Shown in pieces: positions 56,775 through 64,000 of a stretch of 64,000 bases of DNA (position 1 is the first letter of the stretch; every line of letters starts with the position of its first letter). Under the pieces are notes generated by a model, which was not told where the DNA came from, made no database searches, and saw only the letters and a list, made by a program, of their open reading frames with translations. Made by a program: the position numbers and the translations under genes. This stretch comes from an uncultured Eubacteriales bacterium. Its GTDB lineage: Bacteria; Acidobacteriota; Aminicenantia; Aminicenantales; Saccharicenantaceae. The stretch covers positions 4,145 through 68,144 of the forward strand of contig CAYWJT010000001.1 in the NCBI GenBank assembly GCA_964458655.1, given 5' to 3'.

Positions 56775-56974
56775 TCAGGCGTCTTTCCAGGTCTCGAGGA
56801 ACTTCCTCAGGGACCGGTCGTAAGTCCTCTCCACTTTATCGGGGAAGAGGCAGGCCGGCAGCTCACGCTGGCTCCAGTGATAGGCCAGACATTCGCAGCA
56901 GAGGCCTTTCCGGCTGCACGGCTCCCAGGTGCAGTTGCAGCGGCCCAGGTTCTGTCGGCTCTTGCATTCGGTCA
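56775..56974 (-). CDS. Small cysteine-rich protein (66 aa, 7 Cys), family unknown
   Basis: [73 protein letters not shown] 9 nt upstream. It lies 78 bp downstream of the GH47 gene on the same strand. A GTG at 57005 would add 10 aa. Confidence 0.45.
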
Positions 56975-57051
56975 TTTCCTTCAGCTCCGTTCGAGGCTCA
57001 GCCACAATTTTACCATGTCCGCGCGAGCCTGTCTGTCCCGCGGCCGACGGC

Positions 57052-58446
57052 TCAACCTTTCCGGCCGGCTCCGCGCCGCAGCGGGTGGGCCTCGGTGGTG
57101 AAAACGACTTGACGGAGGTCGAGTACGCTGCTCGGAGCGAAGGTCAGATAAAGATACTTGAGGGTCTCAGCCAGGAAATAGCTCGGCATCTCGTCCTCTT
57201 TCTCCTTGGTCGTGACGCTCTTGAGCGACGCGTAGCCGGCCTCGACCCGGCAGTTGAACCTCAACGTGTCGAGATAGGTAACGGCCCGGTTGAGGTAGAG
57301 GTCGTCGCCGGTGAGCCTGTACAGGTAGTAGTTCGACTCGATGTTCTCGGGCCGCAGATAATATCCGGGGGATACCAGGCTCATGTCGGAATAGTCGAGG
57401 CGCTCGGGCTCGATCCCGTAGTAGAGCCAGAGCTTGTGGCAGGACTCCTGGAGTCGGCGGGCCCGGTCGAGGTCGCCGCCGAGGGCCAGGACGGCCGGGA
57501 AGAAGGCGTCGAGCGAGCCGAACAGCGTTCTCTGAATGCCGCCTGAATCCATGTCGGCGATGCCGTACCAGAGCTCCCCGCCGCGCTCGTCGGCGAGGCG
57601 CGCGTTGGCCGCGCTCACGGCCCGGCGGAAGACGCGGCCCGACTCCTCGTCCTCGAACAGGATGGAGGCCTTGAGCACGTACTCGTAGAAGGAGTCGATG
57701 CCGCCGCTGATGTGGCTCCGCCGGTTCACCCATTCGCCCGTCTCGACGTCGATGGCCGAGCCCGGCAGGCCGAGGGGCGACAGGCGGCTCGAGAGAGCGT
57801 CAACCGCTTTGAAGGCCGCGTCGCGGTAGACCGGGTTGCCCGTGTGCCGGCTAAGGGCCCCGAACTCCAGGCTGAGCGTGCCGACTTCGGCCGGGTTGGA
57901 GACCTTGCCGTCGGTCTTGCCCGTCCTCAGGTTGACGAAGCGGTAGGGCATGCCGGTCGGCGAAGCGAAGGCCGGCAGAAGCCGGTCGGCCAACTCCACC
58001 GCCTTGCTCAGGAAGATCTTGTCGCCGTCGAGCTCGTAAGAGGCCAGCAGCCCGCCGAGCAGCCGGATGGTGACCTCGAAGTTCGAGACCATGATGTCCT
58101 GGTCGAAGGAGAGCCGCTCCCGTATCAGGCTTTTCGCCTCGGCGGCCTGCTCCTTGAGACCGAGCAGGAGCAGCGAATCATAAGAGTCCACCGGCGTCAT
58201 GAGCAGGGTCCCGGAATACCAGTCGTGGGGAGAGCGGCTGAGGGGCTTGAGCTCGTCGTGGCCCCAGGCGTATCTCTTGTAGTTGTCCCAGGCGTGCAGG
58301 AATTCCTGCTTTACGGCCGCCGCGTAGCGCGCTTTTCGGGCTTCCCGCCCCTGCCCGCCGCAAGAGGCGACGATCCCGGCGATAAGCGAGAACGCCGCCA
58401 GGAACGCAGCGAGCGAGTCAACGGCTCGTTTTCCTTTTTGTCCCAT
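57052..58446 (-). CDS. Glycoside hydrolase family 47 (class I alpha-1,2-mannosidase-like), lipoprotein
   Basis: [11 protein letters not shown] lipobox. [17 protein letters not shown] matches the GH47 signature (FETTIRxLGGLLSAYxL). ESCHKLW and the C-terminal blocks are consistent. Confidence 0.75.
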   Translation of the reverse strand: MGQKGKRAVDSLAAFLAAFSLIAGIVASCGGQGREARKARYAAAVKQEFLHAWDNYKRYAWGHDELKPLSRSPHDWYSGTLLMTPVDSYDSLLLLGLKEQAAEAKSLIRERLSFDQDIMVSNFEVTIRLLGGLLASYELDGDKIFLSKAVELADRLLPAFASPTGMPYRFVNLRTGKTDGKVSNPAEVGTLSLEFGALSRHTGNPVYRDAAFKAVDALSSRLSPLGLPGSAIDVETGEWVNRRSHISGGIDSFYEYVLKASILFEDEESGRVFRRAVSAANARLADERGGELWYGIADMDSGGIQRTLFGSLDAFFPAVLALGGDLDRARRLQESCHKLWLYYGIEPERLDYSDMSLVSPGYYLRPENIESNYYLYRLTGDDLYLNRAVTYLDTLRFNCRVEAGYASLKSVTTKEKEDEMPSYFLAETLKYLYLTFAPSSVLDLRQVVFTTEAHPLRRGAGRKG

Positions 58447-58655
58447 GTTCTTTCCTCCCGCCGCGGCTTTCTCACCCGTCTAAGGTTTTGCTCGTCCCGG
58501 ATTCCCGTCCCGAATGCGGCGCCGGCGGCCCGCCAGGAGGCCTGTTCGGTGACCGGAGCCCGGGCATCCCTTTGCCGGTGAGCTCGTTCATCCAGCGTCC
58601 GGCCTCGGCCTGCGTCCGCGTCCGAAGCCGCCTGGCCGCGGTCTTCGCGCGGGTC

Positions 58656-61655
58656 TCACTCCAGCTCGACCTCGTCGGCGAAGACCCAGGCCTTGCCGCC
58701 CGCGCCGCGGTGCCAGGCCGGGCAGACGCCGATGTTAACGGCGCGGACCTTGAGATATCTGCCTCTCAGGCCTCCGAGGTCCGCGGCGAAGCGCCTGACC
58801 GCGTGGCTCTCCCGCCTGGGGTCGACCTCGTTGGCGACCGCCACAGGCACGCTGAAAGTCCTGCCGTCAGCCGAGACCGAGAACTCCACCCGCTGCGGGA
58901 AGAATATCCAGACGGCGATATCCTGGAGGAAGCCCGCCGAGACCTTGTTCATCCTCCGGACCTTGCCCAGGTCGATGACGGCCTCCAGGTCATGGCCCTC
59001 GAAGCCCTGCCAGCGGCCGCTGCGGTAATCAGCGCCGCCGGTCCGGCCGTCGGTCAAAGCCATGGCGCCGCCGCCGTTGTACTGGGCTGCGAAAGGGTGG
59101 ACGTAGACCGCCGGCGGATACTTGGACCTTATGAACGGAGCCGCGACCGTCATGCTCCTTTTGCCGTCGAGGAAGGCCGCCGCCTTGAGGACGCACGGCC
59201 TGGTTATCATGACGGGCCCGCTGCAAAGCGGCGACCCGGGGCCGGGCTCGGTCCCGTCGAGCGTGTAGCGGACCTCCGCGGCCGGCGCGGCGCAGGTCAG
59301 CTTGACTTCCGCCCGGTCGAAAAAGACCTCGCCGCTCGACTCGAGCATGGGCATGGGGATGATGTCGTCGTCCGGAGCCATGGCGAACAGCCCGGAATTG
59401 TCCCGACCCCAGCCGGGCTCGGGCGCGGCCGACATCTCGAGGCGGAGCAGCCCGCCGCGCGCGACCTCGTCGTGCGTGAGCCAGACACGGTCGAAGGGCC
59501 GGCCGTTCAGCGTCGCCGACCTGATGTAGCGGTTGCGGTCGGCATTGCCTGCGGCCTCGATCACGAATTCCCTGCCCGGCCCGAGCCCGATCGTCGCGCG
59601 CCTGAAAAGCGGGCTGCCCAGGGCGTAGGTGTTCTGGCCCGGCGTCACGGGGTAGAAGCCGAGGGCGCTGAACACGTACCAGGCCGACATCTGCCCGCAG
59701 TCCTCGTTGCCGCAGAGCCCGTCCGGCCCGTCGCCGTAGAGCTGCTTCATTATGCGTCTGGCCAGCGCCTGGGCCTTCCAAGGCTCGCCGGCGTGGTCGT
59801 AGAGATAGGCCACGTGATGGCTGGGCTCGTTGCCGTGGGCAGCCTGGCCGATGAGGCCGGTGACGTCGGGCTGTTCGCGGCCGGCGAGCGTGCTCGGGGC
59901 GCTGAACAGGGCGTCCAGCGCGGCCGCGAACTTCTCCCGGCCGCCGTGGAGCTTGATTAGGCCGGCCGGGTCGTGCGGGGCGAAGAAGCTGTACTGCCAG
60001 GCGTTGGCCTCGGTATACTGGCCGCTCACCGCGAAGGGGTCGAAAGGCTCGATCCATTTGCCGTCGGACATCCGGCCGCGCATGAAGCCGGTCGAGGGGT
60101 CGAAGACGTTGCGGTAGAAAAGCGAGCGCTGATTGAAGTCGCGGAAGTCGTCCGGCCGGCCGAGCCCCGCGGCCATCCGGGCGACGCACCAGTCGTCGTA
60201 GGCGTATTCGAGCGTCTTAGAGACCGGGCCGTCGTCCTTGTCCGCGGGGATGAAGCCCAGCCTTTTGTAATGGTCGAGCCCCTGCCAGTCGAGGCCGGCG
60301 CTGTGCTTCATCGCTTCGTAGGCCGTCCCCTCGTCGAAGCCGCGCAGGCCCTTCATCCAGGCGTCGACGATGACCGGGACCGAGTGGCAGCCTATCATGG
60401 TGTGGGTCTCGTTGCCCCACAGGGTCCAGACCGGGAGCAGCCCGCTCTCGCGGTAGGCCTGGACCAGGCTGCGGACGAAGTCCTGGGCCCGGTCCGGGTC
60501 GATGACGGTCATGAGCGGGTGCAGGGCGCGGAAGGTGTCCCAGAGCGAGAAGACCGTGTAATTGGTGAAGCCGTCGGCCCGGTGCACGCGGTGGTCCATG
60601 CCGAAGTAGGCGCCGTCGACGTCCTGGAAGACGTTGGGGGCGATGAGGGCGTGATAGAGGGCCGTGTAGAATATCGTTTTCTCGCGCTTCGAGCCGCCCT
60701 CGACACGGAGCCGGCCGAGCTCGCTGTTCCAGGCCTGACGGGCCGCCCGGCGCGCGCCGTCGAAGTCGAAGCCCGGGGCCTCGGCCTCGAGGTTGCGGCG
60801 GGCGCCTCCCAGGCTCACGGCCGAGATGCCGACCTTCACGACGATGCTTTCCCGTTCGCGGGTGCGGAAGGTGAAGAAGGCCTTGACCTTCGGTCCTTCG
60901 GCGCTCCTTCGCCCGGGCGAAACGGCGCCGTCCGAGGCCGTGCCGAAGGAGCTGAACGGCCTGGAGAACTCGGCCGCGAAATAGACGAAGCGGTCCGCCG
61001 CCCAGCCGTGCGAGCGCCTCATGCCCTCGACCCTGTCAGAGCCGATGATGTCGAGCCGGCCGCCGGTGCAGGTGTTGGCGATGCCGTGCTCGAGGTCGAT
61101 GATGACGTTGGCCGCTTCGGAGGCCGGGAAGGTGTAGCGGTGCAGGCCGCACCTCGCAGTGGCCGTTAGCTCGGCCTCGACACCGTAAGAGTCCAGCCGG
61201 ACGCGGTAATAACCGGGCTCGGCCAGCTCGCGCTCGTGGCTGAAGGCGGAGCGGTAGCCCCGCGCCGGGTCGTCTTCTGGACCGGGCTCCAGCTTGACTT
61301 CCCCGACCGTGGGCATGAACAGGATGTCGCCGTAATCGGCGGCGCCGGTGCCGCTGAGATGGGTGTGGCTGAAGCCCATGATGGTCTTCGAGGAATAGTG
61401 GTAGCCCGAGCACCAGTCCCAGCCCGACCTCCTCTGGTCGGGACTGACCTGGACCATGCCGAAGGGCAGGGTCGCGCCGGGAAAGGTGTGGCCGTGGCCG
61501 TCGGTGCCGATCATGGGGTCGACGAAGCGGGCGAAGTCGTCGGCGCCGCCGGACCGGCCGGCGCATCCGGCCAGGATGAAGACGGAAGCCAGGACGGCCG
61601 CGAACGCCGCGGTCAGGACCGCTCCGTGCTGTCCCTTCAAGCGCCGGTTTTCCAT
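58656..61655 (-). CDS. Glycoside hydrolase family 92 alpha-mannosidase with a C-terminal extension of about 250 aa (putative carbohydrate-binding / discoidin-like domains)
   Basis: ILAGCAG lipobox. FVDPMIGTDGHGHTFPGATLPFGMVQVSPD is the GH92 N-terminal signature. It is 999 aa versus about 750 for a typical GH92. Confidence 0.8.
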   Translation of the reverse strand: MENRRLKGQHGAVLTAAFAAVLASVFILAGCAGRSGGADDFARFVDPMIGTDGHGHTFPGATLPFGMVQVSPDQRRSGWDWCSGYHYSSKTIMGFSHTHLSGTGAADYGDILFMPTVGEVKLEPGPEDDPARGYRSAFSHERELAEPGYYRVRLDSYGVEAELTATARCGLHRYTFPASEAANVIIDLEHGIANTCTGGRLDIIGSDRVEGMRRSHGWAADRFVYFAAEFSRPFSSFGTASDGAVSPGRRSAEGPKVKAFFTFRTRERESIVVKVGISAVSLGGARRNLEAEAPGFDFDGARRAARQAWNSELGRLRVEGGSKREKTIFYTALYHALIAPNVFQDVDGAYFGMDHRVHRADGFTNYTVFSLWDTFRALHPLMTVIDPDRAQDFVRSLVQAYRESGLLPVWTLWGNETHTMIGCHSVPVIVDAWMKGLRGFDEGTAYEAMKHSAGLDWQGLDHYKRLGFIPADKDDGPVSKTLEYAYDDWCVARMAAGLGRPDDFRDFNQRSLFYRNVFDPSTGFMRGRMSDGKWIEPFDPFAVSGQYTEANAWQYSFFAPHDPAGLIKLHGGREKFAAALDALFSAPSTLAGREQPDVTGLIGQAAHGNEPSHHVAYLYDHAGEPWKAQALARRIMKQLYGDGPDGLCGNEDCGQMSAWYVFSALGFYPVTPGQNTYALGSPLFRRATIGLGPGREFVIEAAGNADRNRYIRSATLNGRPFDRVWLTHDEVARGGLLRLEMSAAPEPGWGRDNSGLFAMAPDDDIIPMPMLESSGEVFFDRAEVKLTCAAPAAEVRYTLDGTEPGPGSPLCSGPVMITRPCVLKAAAFLDGKRSMTVAAPFIRSKYPPAVYVHPFAAQYNGGGAMALTDGRTGGADYRSGRWQGFEGHDLEAVIDLGKVRRMNKVSAGFLQDIAVWIFFPQRVEFSVSADGRTFSVPVAVANEVDPRRESHAVRRFAADLGGLRGRYLKVRAVNIGVCPAWHRGAGGKAWVFADEVELE

Positions 61656-61666
61656 GGCGGCCTCCT

Positions 61667-62776
61667 TCAGCCCAGCCGCCGCAGGGCATAGGCGTAGGCT
61701 CCGAGCGCGGTCGCCTTGCTCGTCCCCAGCCTGGTCACCCCGACGCCCGTCCTTTTTTCCGGGTCGTAGAGGATCCTGCGGCCGCTGCCCGGGACAGCGA
61801 CTTCTCGCGTCCGGCCCTTTAAGAATTCCCGCAGGTCGGCTTCGTCCTCGAGGTTATAGACGCGCTGGACCAGGCGGCCGTATTCCTGTCCGGCGTAATT
61901 TACGTAGGTCGAGTTCATCTCGGCAACCAGGGCCGGCATGAAGACCGACGCGGCCCCGGCCAGGCCTCCGCCTATGACCGCCAGTCCGTCGATCAGGGTC
62001 AGGGCGTTGGCCAGCGCGTCGCCCACGACCTCGGCCATCCTGGCGAAAGCCCGCGCGGCGGCGCTCTGGTCGCCTTCCTTCCGGCCCAGGGCGATGTCGT
62101 AGATGTCCCGCGGCTCGGGGGCGCTTGCGAACGGGATGCCGGCCCTCAGGGCGTATTCGCGGCGCACAGCGCGGATGCTGGCCCCTTCCTCGACGTTCAT
62201 GCCCGGGTCGAGCTTGCTCCTCAGCAGCCAGATCTCGGCCCCGTTGGAGTTGTCGCCGAGGAAAAGCCCGCCGTCGCGGACGATGCCGGCGCCGAACCCG
62301 GTGCCCAGCGTGACCGCGAGCAGGTTCCTGTATCTTTTCGGGCTGCCGGCCTTTTCCAGCAGCGAATTGACCTGCGGCAGGAACCCGAACAGGGCCTCGC
62401 CGTAAGCGAAAAGGTCGCCGTCGTTGTTGATGAAAACAGGCAGGCGGAACTCCTCCTCGAGGATGGGCCCGAGCGGGACGCCATCTGAGAAGGCCGGCAG
62501 GTTCTGGAGCGGGCCGATGATGCCGTTCGGGTAATCGGCCGGCGCCGGGAAGGCGAAGCTTATGGCCGTCGGCCGTTCCGAAAGTTGACCCATGACCCGC
62601 CGGAAGCCTTCGAACATGGTCTGGAGGCAGAGGTCGAGGTCGTCACCGTGCGAGGGCAGCGTGACCGGCCGGACCGCTTCCTCGGCCGCCCGCACGGCCG
62701 AGAAGACGAAGTTGGTCCCGCCGGCGTCGAGGGTCAGCACGACGCGGGGGTCGTCCCTGATGTCGTCACGGCTCAT
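61667..62776 (-). CDS. ASKHA-superfamily sugar kinase (ROK / N-acetylglucosamine-kinase-like)
   Basis: GGAGG RBS. VLTLDAGGTNFVF is the phosphate-1 motif. AVTLGTGFGAGIV is the phosphate-2/adenosine motif. The ORF-track N-terminal extension is the out-of-frame 3' end of the transporter gene. Confidence 0.65.
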   Translation of the reverse strand: MSRDDIRDDPRVVLTLDAGGTNFVFSAVRAAEEAVRPVTLPSHGDDLDLCLQTMFEGFRRVMGQLSERPTAISFAFPAPADYPNGIIGPLQNLPAFSDGVPLGPILEEEFRLPVFINNDGDLFAYGEALFGFLPQVNSLLEKAGSPKRYRNLLAVTLGTGFGAGIVRDGGLFLGDNSNGAEIWLLRSKLDPGMNVEEGASIRAVRREYALRAGIPFASAPEPRDIYDIALGRKEGDQSAAARAFARMAEVVGDALANALTLIDGLAVIGGGLAGAASVFMPALVAEMNSTYVNYAGQEYGRLVQRVYNLEDEADLREFLKGRTREVAVPGSGRRILYDPEKRTGVGVTRLGTSKATALGAYAYALRRLG

Positions 62777-62778
62777 GC

Positions 62779-63945
62779 TTAAGCCTCCTTGCCGGGCCGG
62801 TACTTGGCGGAGAGGTTCTTGACGGCCACGAAGGTGATGTAGAGCAGGGCCGCGAGCGGGACCAGGAAGCCCGCCGACTCGTTGAAGCGGTCGGTGACCA
62901 GGCCCATGACGAGCGGCAGGATGGCGCCTCCGGCGATGGCCGTGACCATCAGCCCGGAAAGGGCGTTGGACTGCTCCGGCATCCGGTCGACGGCGATGGA
63001 GAAGATGAGCGGGAAGATGTTGGCGAAGCCCAGGCCGACGACGAACACCGAGACGCCCGCCACAAGCCTGTTCTGGACGAACAGGCCGGCCAGCCCGAGC
63101 AGGGAGAGGAGGCAGGTGCCGATGAACGTCTTCTGCGGCGAGAGCCAGTTCATGATGACCCCGCCCGAGAAGCGGCCGATGGTCAGGGCGGTGAAGAAGA
63201 GGCCGGTCCCGAGCAGGCCCAGCCGCGCGATGTCGATGCCGAAGTTGGCCTTGAGCAGCAGCGGGGTCCCGGCGCTGACGCAGACCTCGGCCCCGACATA
63301 GAGGAAGATGCCCAGGACCATCATGGCCACGTAGCCGTTCCGGAGCAGGCCCAGGGCCGAGCCGAGCGTCGAGCGGGCCTCGTCCGGCCGCCTGGTCTCC
63401 TCGACGCGCAGGCCGGCGACGGCGATAAGCGTTATGAGCATGCCTGCGGCGTAGACCGGGAAGATCACCCGCCAGTCGAGGCCGAGCCACCTGGACGCGA
63501 CCACGGGGATGACCGGCCCGGAAAGAGAGCCGATGGCCTTGACGAACTGGCCGAGCGAAAGGTTCCGGGAGTACTTGCCCTCGGGCGACACGTCGCGCAT
63601 GATGGGGTTGCCGGCGACCTGGAGTATCGCCGCGGACGCGCCCAGCATCAGGATCGTCATGAGGAAGACGGGGAAGGAATCCAGGGCCAGGGAGGCGACG
63701 GCCATGCCGACGAGCCCCACGACCAGGCCGAAGAGCAGGATGAATTTCTTGCCTTTCCTGTCCTGGTAGAGCCCGACCGGCACCGACAGCAGGCCGAACA
63801 TCATGAAACCGACGAAGGGGATGAGCGAAGCCAGGGCGGTCGAGATGCTGAATTGGGCCTTGGCCAGGCTGACGAAGGGGCCGACCGCGTCGGCGAAGCC
63901 CATGCAGAGGAAGGCCAGGAAGACCGGGTATGTCCGTGCTTTCAT
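62779..63945 (-). CDS. MFS transporter (probable sugar importer)
   Basis: 388 aa, 12 predicted TM segments, GGAGGCG RBS. It abuts the kinase gene; its stop lies 3 nt before the kinase ATG. Confidence 0.75.
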   Translation of the reverse strand: MKARTYPVFLAFLCMGFADAVGPFVSLAKAQFSISTALASLIPFVGFMMFGLLSVPVGLYQDRKGKKFILLFGLVVGLVGMAVASLALDSFPVFLMTILMLGASAAILQVAGNPIMRDVSPEGKYSRNLSLGQFVKAIGSLSGPVIPVVASRWLGLDWRVIFPVYAAGMLITLIAVAGLRVEETRRPDEARSTLGSALGLLRNGYVAMMVLGIFLYVGAEVCVSAGTPLLLKANFGIDIARLGLLGTGLFFTALTIGRFSGGVIMNWLSPQKTFIGTCLLSLLGLAGLFVQNRLVAGVSVFVVGLGFANIFPLIFSIAVDRMPEQSNALSGLMVTAIAGGAILPLVMGLVTDRFNESAGFLVPLAALLYITFVAVKNLSAKYRPGKEA

Positions 63946-64000
63946 GCTTGCGCCTCCATGGTGTTTGTCCTGAAGAGTGTCATTCTGTCGCCTGCGACGC

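Overview
This is a 64-kb, high-GC (about 65-70%) bacterial chromosomal segment with no rRNA or tRNA genes, no CRISPR array, and no recognisable transposase or integrase. Coding density is high. The content is dominated by exported hydrolases: two M14 carboxypeptidases, an M28 peptidase, an alkaline phosphatase, a sulfatase-family/TPR fusion, and the glycoside hydrolases GH47, GH92 (with a C-terminal extension) and a tentatively assigned GH172-like protein. There is an RND efflux trio, an outer-membrane/uptake gene string behind a cobalamin riboswitch, and a 2076-aa thioester-containing alpha-2-macroglobulin in an apparent operon with a Gfo/Idh/MocA oxidoreductase and a HEAT + 2x DUF1080 protein. 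Four structures stand out as unusual. (1) A 22-bp motif, GGGGACAGTTTACTCRTTMACC, occurs five times in the first 5 kb, both as an inverted terminator-like pair and as single copies, and it brackets a small abrB-like/arsM arsenic module. (2) A four-gene module (acpS, an AMP-forming ligase, an acyl carrier protein (ACP) and a Kbl-like alpha-oxoamine synthase) looks like a dedicated ACP-dependent aminoketone or aminolipid pathway. (3) Three gene insertions are each flanked by 50-185 bp direct repeats that copy the 3' end of the neighbouring gene: the sulfatase-TPR gene, the BNR-TPR gene, and a 2.7-kb low-GC island carrying two paralogous NHL-repeat lipoproteins. The substitutions in the coding parts of the second repeat copies are all synonymous or very rare, while the adjacent non-coding parts are much more diverged. 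That points to a related genome as the source of the second repeat copies rather than a recent local duplication. (4) A roughly 1.2-kb non-coding region between the TonB receptor and the decarboxylase gene holds the riboswitch, a 50-bp palindrome, a stable hairpin and an orphan intrinsic terminator; it is a candidate site for a small RNA. All family assignments rest on motifs I recognise in the translated ORFs. No database search was possible.
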